From: Mustelus asterias
Lineage: Eukaryota
Assembly (NCBI RefSeq): GCF_964213995.1
Contig: NW_027590213.1
Span: 310,001-374,000 of the forward strand
Direction of reading: 5' to 3'
Length of the DNA stretch: 64,000 nt
Shown: piece after piece, positions 24,348-34,810 of the stretch
How positions within the stretch are numbered: the stretch's first letter is position 1
Layout of the letters: every line of letters begins with the position of its first letter
The notes under the pieces: generated by a model
What the model saw: only the letters and a program-made list of their open reading frames with translations
What the model was told of the DNA's origin: nothing
The model's database searches: none
Position numbers and translations under genes: made by a program

Positions 24348-25126
24348 AAATCAAGATTGGTCTGCTCTTTCGTTGGTTCCACAACATATTTCTGCAAGAA
24401 ACAATCTCTAATACATTCAATGAACTTTCCCTCGAGGCTACCCTTGCCAATTTGATAAATCCACTCTACATGCATATTAAAATCATCCATGATTATTGAC
24501 GTACCTTTCTTACAAGCCCCCAATATTTCCTCATTTAGACAATGCTTCACTGCCAAACGACTGTTTGGGGACCTAAATATTACTACAGCATCTCATTTCA
24601 TTTCTGTCTATCCGTCTGAAATATTGAGTACCTTTGGATATTCAATTCCCAAATCTAGTTTTGCCTGCAACCATGTCTCAGTAATCGCCATTAATTCATA
24701 CATATTTCTCTATATTTGTACAATTAACTCATTAATTTTATTCCCAAAGTTTCGTGCAGTGAGGTACAAAGCCTTTAAGTTTGTTCTGTTATCAAATTTC
24801 CCTATTCTTGCACGATTTCCTGGTGTCCTATGATGTCCACACGTTCTGTCCCTTCCTTTTATTTTCTGGTAACAATCAGTTTCATCGTTAACCTTCACTC
24901 CAACCTTCTCCTTTAACTTCGATATTTTTTATTATTACATGGAACTGAACACTCATTCCTCCTTACCCCACTATTTAGTTTAAAGCCCTATTTACAGCCC
25001 TAGTTATTCGCCAGCATGATTCAGATTGAGTCCGCACCGATGCAACAGCTCCTTCCTGCACAAATACTGGTGCTAATATTCCATGAATTCGAACACATTT
25101 CTCCCACATGAAACTATGAGCCACAC

Positions 25127-26039
25127 TGTTGGTTGGTTTTTCGAGGTGGTCAGATACCGTCAGTAAATCTCAGACAAAACAAGACCGACGAAGCCAGTGT
25201 CTCAGTTTAAAGACGTAACCTTTATTTTGACCAGCGGCCACCAAGAGAAATAATTAAAGGGTCAGGGCAGCTCTGATATAGAGCATCTCGCCCTCTCCAA
25301 TGAAATCTGACGTATGCAATTCAAATCAGGCCAATTATAGTTTTCCTTATTAATTACTCCCGCCTTTCATGAGCTTTAAATCAATCATCTTCAATATACT
25401 TAAACCAGCAATAATTTATGTTAGATACCTTTGCCAATCACATCTTACCTTCTGGCAAAATGGCAGTTCCTTCGTCCTTAGAATTGCAAACTCCTACCTT
25501 GGCTAACCCAGATTTCTGTATCCCATAGTAACCAGACACCAGCCCCAAAGTTCAAAGGGCACGTTCCAATGAGTTCCTCTACAGGTCACTGCCAAAGCAG
25601 ATTAACACTTGACTCCACGTCTGGGCATGCATCCATTTTATCTGGACAGTGAATATACCCTATTCATAAAATTTGTTTAAGTGTTCTGAATGTTCTTTCC
25701 ATTCGAAGCTCTACTGATTAAACTTGCATATTCTCAAGGTTTTAATATTTTTTTAGAATATGACTTTGCCCTAATGCCCTATAACATAATGCTTTGCAGC
25801 ATACTGCCTTTGGCAATAGTGAACAATGATTCTTAAAAATATATTAATACATTCAAATCTTTAAATCATAATCACTTGTTTAAATCTCTTACTGCATTTC
25901 ATATGTGTGCAAACTGCTTTCGTGTTACTTTATAAATATGTTTTAAAGTCATTTAACTTAATGCTGGTAGTTCTGTCAGTGTCCTCATTTCTAAATGTCT
26001 AAAAATCTTTACTAACCTATTAGAATTTTTCCCCGTACA
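25127..26039 (-). mobile_element. Solo LTR with 5-bp target-site duplication
   Basis: TG...CA termini flanked by CACAC at 25122-25126 and 26040-26044; minus-strand AATAAA near 25221; diverged relative at ~47335-48221. Confidence 0.7.
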
Positions 26040-26517
26040 CACACGTTTACCTCTTTAATCTCATTAATCGTGTCCCAGTTAGCTCATGGCTCAGATATTA
26101 ATCCAGAGATTATTACCTTTTTGTTTATGATTTTGAGTTTAGAACCTGGCTATTCATCTTCCCGTAGCAGAATGTGCATCCTTGCTCTGCCTGTGTCATT
26201 CGTACATACGTCAAAAATGACAACTGGATTTTCCCCCTCCCATTCCGAATTTCTCTGCAGTCCAGAGGAGGTGAACCGAAACCTGGCACCAGGGGGCAAC
26301 ACAATCTACAGGACTATCGCTCCTGGTCACAGAGAACATTGTCTGTGCCCCGAACTATACGATCGCCGATTACGACTAGATTCCTCCTTCCTACCCCACT
26401 TGAATGGCTCTCTGGCCCACGGTACTGTGGCCAGTTCGCTCATCTGTCCTACAGTCCTCGCCCTCGTCAACAGCAGGAGCAAGAAAGTTGAACCTGTTGG
26501 ACAAGCAGTAGGACTAA

Positions 26518-26739
26518 GTTTTCAGCACATCTCTCTCCATGTTCTGTATCACTGTGTCTGTAATCCTCACCATGTTCAGGTTTTTGTGCAGCTCTCTCCT
26601 TGTTCTGTATCACTGTGTCTGTAATCCTCACCATGTTCAGGTTTTTGTACAGCTCTCTCCGTGTTCTGCATCACTGTGTCTGTAATCCTCACCATGTTCA
26701 GGTTTTTGTACAGCTCTCTCCGTGTTCTGTATCACTGTG
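26518..26739 (-). repeat. 61-bp tandem repeat of the 23-RSS
   Basis: Heptamers CACAGTG at 26733-39, 26672-78, 26611-17 and 26550-56. Perfect nonamers ACAAAAACC at 26701-09, 26640-48 and 26579-87, each 23 nt from its heptamer. The fourth nonamer is degenerate (GCTGAAAAC). Confidence 0.95.
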
Positions 26740-27045
26740 CTATGTGCCGACTCAGTCCACAGTAATAGACAGCCGAGTCGCTTAGCTGCAGTTTGGAGAT
26801 CTTTAACCGGCTGATTTTCTGGACAGAATCGATAGAAGCAGAAATTCTCTCCCCGGCAGCGTTTTCTTTATTGCCCCCTCCTGAAGTGTGTTTCTGCAGC
26901 AAGTATTTCAGAGTCTGCCCTGGGGGCTGGCTGTACCAGTGTACTGTGTACTGACAGATTCCTGAATATTCACAGCTTAATGTAACCGTGTCACCAGCAG
27001 CAGAGGTTTGTAGAGGCGGATTCTTGGATACCAGGGAAGAGGAAC
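26740..27045 (-). CDS. TRDV: NAR-TCR supporting V-delta segment (leaderless, CDR1 Cys), open
   Basis: Acceptor TTTCTAATCCTGCAG, then (G)SSSLVSKNPPLQTSAAGDTVTLSCEYSGICQYTVHWYSQPPGQTLKYLLQKHTSGGGNKENAAGERISASIDSVQKISRLKISKLQLSDSAVYYCGLSRHI. Absent from the ORF track because it has no start codon. Confidence 0.9.
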
Positions 27046-27244
27046 CTGCAGGATTAGAAAAAAAAGCGTTTGTTTAGGTTTTGCCATTTTTTAGTCGGAG
27101 ATTGTGTCAGTCGCAGGAGTAGCTCAGTTTTATGCGGAGTTATTATTATTTTAATTCTAATGGAACGATATTGACTTACGCTATAAACCAGTGTACAGTG
27201 AGGTGACATTTTATTTTGCACAAGTTCTAATGATCTGTAACGAT

Positions 27245-27700
27245 GTTATTAAACTGGAGGGAGTGCAGAAGAGATTTACAAGGATGTTGCCAGGACTCAA
27301 GGGACTGAGTTATAGGGAGAGTTTGGACTTTTTCCTTTGGTGCGTAGGAGATAGAGGGGTGATCTTATAGAAGTGTATAAGATCATGACAGGCACGGATA
27401 GGGCGAATGAACTCAGTCTTATTTCCAGGGTTTGGGAGTCGAGAGCAAGAGGGAATAGGGAAAGAAGTAACCTGCAGAGCAACTTTTTTTTACACAGAGG
27501 TGGTACGTATGTGGAATGAGCTGCCGGAGGGAGTGGTTGAGGCAGGGACATTGTCAACATTTAAAAGGCATTTGGACAGATACATGGATAGGAAAGGTTT
27601 AGAGAGATATGGGCCAAATGCAGGCGAATGGCTGAGCTTCGACGGACATTTTGATCGGCATGGATCAGTTTGGATCTGCCGTAAATTCTGTGAATCTATG
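27245..27700 (+). mobile_element. CR1 3' fragment
   Basis: LEGVQKRFTRMLPGL..GDLIEVYK-like coding remnant; ORF 27407-27718. Confidence 0.8.
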
Positions 27701-29269
27701 AATACACTGTCAGCTTAGTAGGAGCTGGTTCAACAGTGAATTATGAATGAGCAATGATCACATACCTGAACAGGAAAACAACAGGTTTATGGGGAAAATT
27801 CATGGCTCGTGGAAGAATTGGATTTCGTTTATAAAGTGGCAGCATCTACCCGAGGGGCCGAATGTCCCCCTCCCACGCTAACTTATTCTATGATATATGT
27901 TAGGTTTTAGTTTCTATTTTCCTTTTTGAGAGGGATATTGAAGGGAACATTTTATTATCAGTGACGCAATCCTTTTCTGGAGATGATTGCCAAAGAACAA
28001 CCCAGCTGCGTCACATCACAGCGCACAGCAAGATCCAACAGAGTGATTGTGATTCATCAGCTCCGATGGGGCCGAACCATGTTGACCATCGGTGGCCAAA
28101 TGTCATTTATATATTTCAGTTTAACACCTCCCGGGAGTCAATGTTTGCTTTTTAATCTATTTCTTTTCTATCTATTGGTATAATTTTTCTCCCCTTCTCT
28201 TTATATTGAGATATCTAGTCAGTTTCATTTCATTTACTTTGTGCTGTTTGGTTTTCCTGAGTCGTGGGAACGCGTCCCAAAGTCTCGTAGTTGTCAGTTG
28301 CGTTCATCCTGTTCAGTTTCCGCAGTGGTTTTACTGTTACTCACTGGGAACTGCCTCTTTTGGATCTCTCACAATTTCATTTTTTTCTGCTCATTAACTG
28401 ATTCTCTCCCGGGTTCGCTGGGCAGAGTTTTCTCTAAATTGTACATTGTATAGAAACTCCTGTTCCACATTTCAAAGCTGCTCCATCACTCAGTTATGTT
28501 GCAGCTTATCTCCTGTGTCGACCACATTTGCCCTGACCATTTTAGTGTACAAATATGTAACAAACGCTGCCTTGAATGCGTTCAACATTAACTATCCACG
28601 GCTCTCTGTGGTCTGGAATTCGCAGATTCACCACAATGGCTTTGACTGAAGAAATGTCTCCTCTCCGCAGTCCAAATTGCTGAACCGTTATTCTGAAAAT
28701 GTGACCCCAAATTATAGACTTCCCAGATTGGAAAAACTACCACCCAGAATCTGCCTTTCACGCCCTTTGAGAATATAATAAATTCTGCTGAGATCACTCC
28801 TCACTCCTCTAATATCAGTCGAGGGAAAATAGGCAATGGGTCTTCAATCACTTCTCAAAGGACAATCATTTTATCCCAAGACTCTGTTTAGTGAATATTA
28901 GTTAAATTCCCTCCGAAGTATGTACATCCTTCCAAACTAAAGGAGATCAAATCTCACATAGTATTCCAGGTCAGTTCGAATCTCCGCAAATCTCGTTTTC
29001 AATCCTTGAGTTTTATTGTATTTTCAGTATTCTCCAGAAATAATAATCCAATCTTTCTCTCCATGTCGATTAATTCTCTATCACTTGTTCTAAATGAATA
29101 TTCCCTTCACAATTGTTTTCTATTGTTCCTGTTCTCCTTGATACAATTACCACATCATCCTCCTCTCTTACTGCATTGTGCGATTTCAGTTAACACTAAT
29201 CAGGGCTACAAATGCATTACAGCAATCGCCCACAAACAACCATCACAAATCCGGTATGTCCTGACCCAT

Positions 29270-30225
29270 TGGCAGGACAGACTCAGCAGAGCTGGCGGCA
29301 CGATATTGTCGGGAGCGACTTGCCCTGGGAGTCCACAATACCGTCTCTGGACCGCATGAAGTCTCATGACATCAGGTCAGACATGGGCAAGGAAGCGGCC
29401 TGCTGATTACCATGTGCCTCTGCTGATATATCTATACTCCTCCATGTTGAACAACATCTGGATGAAGCACTGAGGATGTCAAGCGTGCATAACGTATACT
29501 GGTTAGGGGGCTTCAATATCTATCACCACGACTGGCTCGGTAGCACATAGCTGGACATAACTGCCAGACTGGGACTGCGGCAGGTAGCGAGGAAACTACC
29601 AATAGGGAATAAAGCATATTTGACCTCAGCCTCAGCAACCTTACTGCCGCAGGTGCATCGCCAGAGAAGTATCAGTAGGAGTGACCACATGCAGTCCATG
29701 TGGACACAATTTATTGTCTTCACATTGAGCTTCACTCCATCGTGTAGTATGGCACAGTCGCCGTGCTAAATCAGATAGTTTTTGAGCAGATCCAGCAACT
29801 CATCACTAGGCATCCATGACGCACTATGGGCCATCAGCAGCAGCAGATTTTCACTCAAACACAATCTGTAACCTCATGGTCCGGCATGTCCCCTGCATTG
29901 ACATTAGCAAACGAGGGATTAACACTGGTTCAATGAAGACTGCAGGAGGCAATGCCGGCAGCAACACCAGACATCCCTATAACTGATTTGTCAATCCGGT
30001 GAAGATAAAGCTGAAGCCTTGGCAACAATCCTCATCCAGAGATATCGAGTGGATGATCCATCTCAATCTCCTCCGGAGGTCCCCAGCATCACTGATGTCA
30101 GTTTTCATCCAATTTGATTCACTCCACGTGACTTCAGGACCGGCTGAAGGCACAGGATGCTGCAAAGGCTATGGGCTCTGGAAATATCCCGGCAATTTAC
30201 TGAAGACCTGTGCTCCAGAATTAAC
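29270..30225 (+). mobile_element. Degenerate LINE (L2/CR1-like) endonuclease-region remnant
   Basis: GGFN..HHDWL, SDH and WFN-like remnants across frames. Confidence 0.45.
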
Positions 30226-30992
30226 CACTAACGGTGGAAAATGAGAAAAAGTTATTGTTTATAAGGAGGATATTTAAGGAAATATCAGATACAATGTCAC
30301 TAATTTCAGTCACTGATTTCTTTATTACAAAATTCCTTCGGACCTACAACAAGGTCCCTTATACCTGAAGCCCGTGGTTTAATTTTCTGTTTGTCTCCCG
30401 GGTCAGGTATTGAGTGAGTCACTGCGGTTAAATGGACTGGCCGCAGTGACATCGATCTCATTCAGCTGGTAGCTTCTTGACATTGCACGGCTAGGACTGC
30501 AATCTACTGCCCAGGAGAGAGCTCTGAGACCCCGCTGCCGTGTTGTAAGCGACAGATAAACCTCTCCCAGTCACATTTCACATCCAGAGTGGATTCCGGG
30601 GTGTTGTCAATTTGAGTTTGTTAAAAAAAAACTCCCAGGAGTGTCAGAGTTCTTGATGTTGATGTGCCTCTTAAAACAATCGCCCAGATTCTGTCAACTC
30701 TCACAGAACACTGAACCGCACCCAGCGCCTCACCACCACCCCCACCCACAAGCCTCACCCCATTATCCCTGCCCCGCTGACCACCGACTCCATCAGGTCT
30801 CACAGACACTTTCCCCCGGCCTGACCTGGACCCGACTCCAAAATCACATCCTGTTCCCAACTCGAAATCTGTAACGGATGATTTTCCATAGGAAGATTCG
30901 ATTGGATTGAAACGAGACAGATCACAATGATAAAGTGAAGGGGAACATTAAACGAGACAGTCTGTAACACGGCGGGGTTTGGAGTCACTTAC

Positions 30993-31051
30993 CGGCTGTG
31001 ACAGTCACCACCGTCCCGGATCCATCCACATAATCATATTTCCGTTTAGTA
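30993..31051 (-). CDS. NAR-TCR J segment
   Basis: TKRKYDYVDGSGTVVTVTA followed by a phase-1 donor GTAAGT (30987-30992); xGxG-TxxTV J motif. Confidence 0.92.
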
Positions 31052-31090
31052 CACAGTGGCACCTCTCTCAGTCTCCCCGGTACAAGAACC
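31052..31090 (-). other. 23-RSS 5' of J
   Basis: GGTTCTTGT + 23 nt + CACTGTG on the minus strand. Confidence 0.92.
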
Positions 31091-31401
31091 ACCGACATCT
31101 CAATCTGCCGGGAAACCATCACCAGTCAATCGGAAGTGTCCAATTATTCGGGGGATTTAAAATTAATAAACAAGATTCAACGTTTCAACGTCTCTGTCGG
31201 TTCAAATTGTACTTTGTGAGGCCCAAGCTCTCAGTAAATGGCCGCAGGGAGGAAATATTAACTTCATATATAGCAAAAAAAATCAAAGAAAGATGTGAGT
31301 GGTGGAGATTACAATAGAAGTAATCCAGATTACAGCGAAAATATCGTCAAACCAATGATTCACTGTCCGGGCCCTGAGAATTTGTACTGTAATTGTGCAC
31401 A

Positions 31402-31472
31402 GGTATTTGCTCAGCTTCCTTCCACTGTGACTCTCCCAAAGTTACACAGTGTTACAATTCAGCATCAAAATA
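31402..31472 (-). other. NAR-TCR D segment (31430-31444, TAACTTTGGGAGAGT) flanked by two 12-RSS
   Basis: Plus strand: GGTATTTGC-12-CACTGTG-[15 nt]-CACAGTG-12-ATCAAAATA. Confidence 0.88.
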
Positions 31473-31832
31473 TCGGGTACTGGGTGGAATGTTGGAACAT
31501 GAATTAAACCGCGCGGAATGTGGCTCCCAGCTCCGGCTGTGAGCCCAGGATCCCATCTGGTGTGTGGGTTTGTAACTGGGATCAATCATTCCCATTCTCC
31601 ATTCACCGACAACACTCCCAGGAAAGACACCACCATTCACTCACACTCCGTGTTTATAAAACTCGAAGTGTCAACGATAATAATCAGGTCCCGTTAAAAA
31701 CTAAACTGTGGCACCGAGAGTGTGAGGTGCAATTGTCGGGGTGGCGGTGGGGGGGAGGCGCGGGACGGGGGGCGGTGTTCAGGGCAGATTAACTCCGGTT
31801 TTTCATTTGGTTCTGAGAGAATCTGCAGGGAG

Positions 31833-31870
31833 AGTTTTTGTATCGCTGGATGCCGAGGCCCATCACGGTG
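31833..31870 (-). other. RSS of NAR-TCR V (22-nt spacer)
   Basis: CACCGTG + 22 nt + ACAAAAACT. Confidence 0.9.
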
Positions 31871-32337
31871 TGCCAGTACCAGTAATGAGCTTTACAGTAA
31901 TAGGTGGCGGTGTCTTCAACTCTCACATCCCGAATTTCCAGCGAAAATGTCTTTTCTGCTTTGTTCACAGACACAACAAATCTCCCTCCGCTGGAGATCC
32001 GCTCCCACTCCGTCCCGGTCTGGGTTTGTCTGAAGAAATGTCCATTTTCTAAGTGATAACCATGTAAAACACAGGTGATGGTGAGAGACTGACACTTCTT
32101 CCTGGTCACCGCTGCCGGGCTCTGTGTCACTGACTGACTGAAACATCCTGGAAATTAAACACAGAGAGTTTATTGGACCATCAGAGCCGAACCGCACAAC
32201 GGGGCTAAAACCCAGACAGTGTCTGCAATTGGGATGGACTGGGGCAGCTTTATATTCAATCCACACAATGTAGTTTAGTGCGATTAGTACTCACGGTGTA
32301 AACAGACACACAGACTGAAAACAAGAAGGATTCCCAT
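31871..32337 (-). CDS. NAR-TCR V (IgNAR-like V), open. Leader 32295-32337, V exon 31871-32147.
   Basis: MGILLVFSLCVCLH|RCFSQSVTQSPAAVTRKKCQSLTITCVLHGYHLENGHFFRQTQTGTEWERISSGGRFVVSVNKAEKTFSLEIRDVRVEDTATYYCKAHYWYW. VNAR-type CDR2 deletion (ERISSGGRFVVSVN), extra FR1 Cys, and its own D and J downstream. Confidence 0.93.
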
Positions 32338-32659
32338 CGCTCTGCTGCCCGGAGCTGATGGTTTAAATGACGTAGAGCTGGAGACTGCAGAGGTGGACTG
32401 CTCTGGGAGACTGGATCTCAGCTGAACTGAAATAGCTCAGACCCGAACGTCGTCAATTTAGGCCACGCCCATTGTTTAAAATAAATCTCGAGAATCTCAA
32501 GGTGACAGAAAGCTGTGAACATTCAGTTGAGGCTCCACAGTTAGCGCTGCCTCGGAGCTCCCGACCCCAGAATCTCGTTCCGCAACCCCTCTGGGTGTTG
32601 CCACCCAGAGTTTGTGAATGTCCCTCTTTGTCAAAAGCAAGTAAGATTCTTATTCTTTT

Positions 32660-34150
32660 CTTTTTTTCAGTGTCCAAGTGCAGAGATGGTAGTAACGACA
32701 ATGATATGCTCCTCCTGCCAGATGTGGGAGATTTGGGAAATTTCTCGTGTCCCTGCGTCTATGTCTGCTGGAAGTGTGACCAGCTGCAGCTCCTCACAGA
32801 CCGCATGGTTCAGTTGGAGCAGCAGCTGGAGACACTCTCACGGGATCCAGGGTGAGGTAGCTAAATGGATACAACATTGGCTTGATGACAGAAGACAGAG
32901 GGTGGTTGTAGAGGGTTGTTTTTCAAACTAGAGGCCTGTGACCAGCGGTGTGCCTCAGGGCTGGGTCCACTGTTATTTGTCACGTATATTAATGATTTGG
33001 ATGAGAATTTAGGTGGCATGGTTGATAAGTTTGCAGATGACACCAAGATTGGAGGCATAGTGGACAGTGAAGATGGTTATCAAGGATTGCAACGGGATCA
33101 TAGTCAATTGGGCGAGTGGACTGATGAATGGAAGATGGAGTTTTATTCAGATGAATGCAAGGTAATCCATTTTGGTCGATCGAACCAGGACAGGACTTCA
33201 TCATTTAATGGGAGGATGTTGAGTTACAGAACAAAGAGATCTGAGGGTACATGTTCATAGCTCCTTGAAAGTGGAGTCACAGGTGGACAGAGTGGTGAAG
33301 AAGGCATTCAGCATGCTTGGTTTCATTGTTCAGAACATTGAATACAGGAGTTGGGACATCTTGTTCAAGTTGCACAAGATATTGGTAAGGCCACATTTGG
33401 AAGACTGTGTACAGTTCTTGTCAACGTATTATAGAAAGGATATTATTAAACGAGAAAGAGTGCAGAAAAGATTTACTAGGATGCTACTAGGACTTGATGG
33501 TTTGAGTTATACGCAGAGACTGGATATACAGGGACATTATTCCCTGGATGGTATCAGGCTTAGGGGTGAACTTATAGAGATCTATAAAATAATGAGGGGC
33601 ATAGTCAGTTTGATGGTCAACATCTTTCCCAGAAGGTCGGGGAGTCTACAACTAGAGTGGGTAAGTTTAAGGTGAGAGGGGAGAGCTACAAGAGGGTACA
33701 GAAGGGCAATTCTTTCACACAGAGGGTGGTGAATGCCTGTGACAAGCTGCCAGAGGTAGTAGTAGAGGCGGATACAATTTTGTCTTCGAAAAAGATTTTG
33801 GACAGTTACATGTGTAAAATGAGTATGGAGGGATATGGGCCAAACATAAGCATTTGGGGATAGCTTAGTGGTTATTAAAAGGGCGACATGGACAAGTTGG
33901 GTCAAAGGGTCTGTTTCCATGCTGCAAACCTCTATGACTATGACGGTGGAGTATACAGGGGGAAGTAAGTGTGATGGATGGTGTGATAGTTATCTTTTAA
34001 AAAACATTTAGATAGTTACATGTGTACGATGGGTATAGAGGGATATGGGCCAAATGCGGGCAATTGGGATTAGCTTAAGGGCTTTAAAAAAAAGGGACGG
34101 CATGCCAATTTGGGCCGAAGGGCCCGTTTCCATGCTGTAAACCTTTATGA
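32660..34150 (+). mobile_element. CR1 LINE fragments (ORF1 start, RT/3' end, duplicated 3' UTR)
   Basis: ICSSCQMWE (32614-32931), KFADDTK (32916-33260), ORF 33265-33675. Confidence 0.85.
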
Positions 34151-34439
34151 CTAGATGACTCTATAGAGACTAGCTTCAAGAAGGTGTCAAACCACAAGTC
34201 CTGACAGATAGATGGGTGACTGCCAGGTCAGGCAGGTATGTAATGCAGGAGTCTCCTGTGGCGATTCCCCTCTCAAACAGATATACCGTTTTGGATACTG
34301 TTGCGGGGGGTGGGGGGGGGGGTGAAATAGCCGCTCAGGGGAAAATACCAGCAGCAACCAGGCCTGTGGCACCACGACTGGTTCTGCTGTAGAGCAAGGT
34401 CGAGCTAAATCCAAGACGGAGGCGGGACCGACCGCCATA

Positions 34440-34810
34440 TTATCATTCTAATTTCTATGGAATATTCCTTCCTCTCTCATTCCCCAAAGCTGTGAATCTC
34501 CCTCCCACACACTCTCCCTCCATTATCAATCTGCTGTATCTAATATTCACCCTCCCAATTCTCCTGAAGGTGCTGATTGAGGCTGATTGACAGATCCACG
34601 CTCACTGCTTCCTGTCCTGGACACAGAGAGAGCTGGAAATCTCCATGCAGGCTGCCAGACAGATATATGTCTACATTACTGGAGTAAAAATGTGTGGAAT
34701 GTACAGACCGAATTCACTTCATTCCCTTCAGATGGTGCAAGTCCCCAATTTCCCCCAGAATGAGAAAAGAAATGGAAAGGGGGAAACATTGATTTCCTCC
34801 CAGATGTTGC
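34440..34810 (-). pseudogene. Truncated paralog of the zinc-finger gene 5' non-coding block
   Basis: Near-identical to 49255-49612 and, inverted, to 42560-42745 (TATTCACCCTCCCAATTCTCCTGAAGGTGCTGATTGAGGCTGATTGACAGATCC). Confidence 0.7.

Larger units (their letters stand above)
21920..26510 (-). mobile_element. Old CR1 LINE carrying nested Penelope and solo-LTR insertions
   Basis: Fragments: LTNLLEFFEDVTSKVD (21679-22104), KSPGP..PIFKAG (22188-22409), IMDDFN (~24480), LYLTARN (24710-24898). Confidence 0.75.

Noticed and set aside
26518-26739. CRISPR-like repeat-spacer array
   Set aside because: Eukaryotic context, units are near-identical along their whole length with no unique spacers, and the RSS structure explains it.
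27960-32375. CRE-like sites (TGACGCA 27962, TGCGTCA ~28006, TGACGTA ~32368) as V promoters or enhancers
   Set aside because: Short motifs expected by chance. They are plausible but cannot be supported without conservation data.
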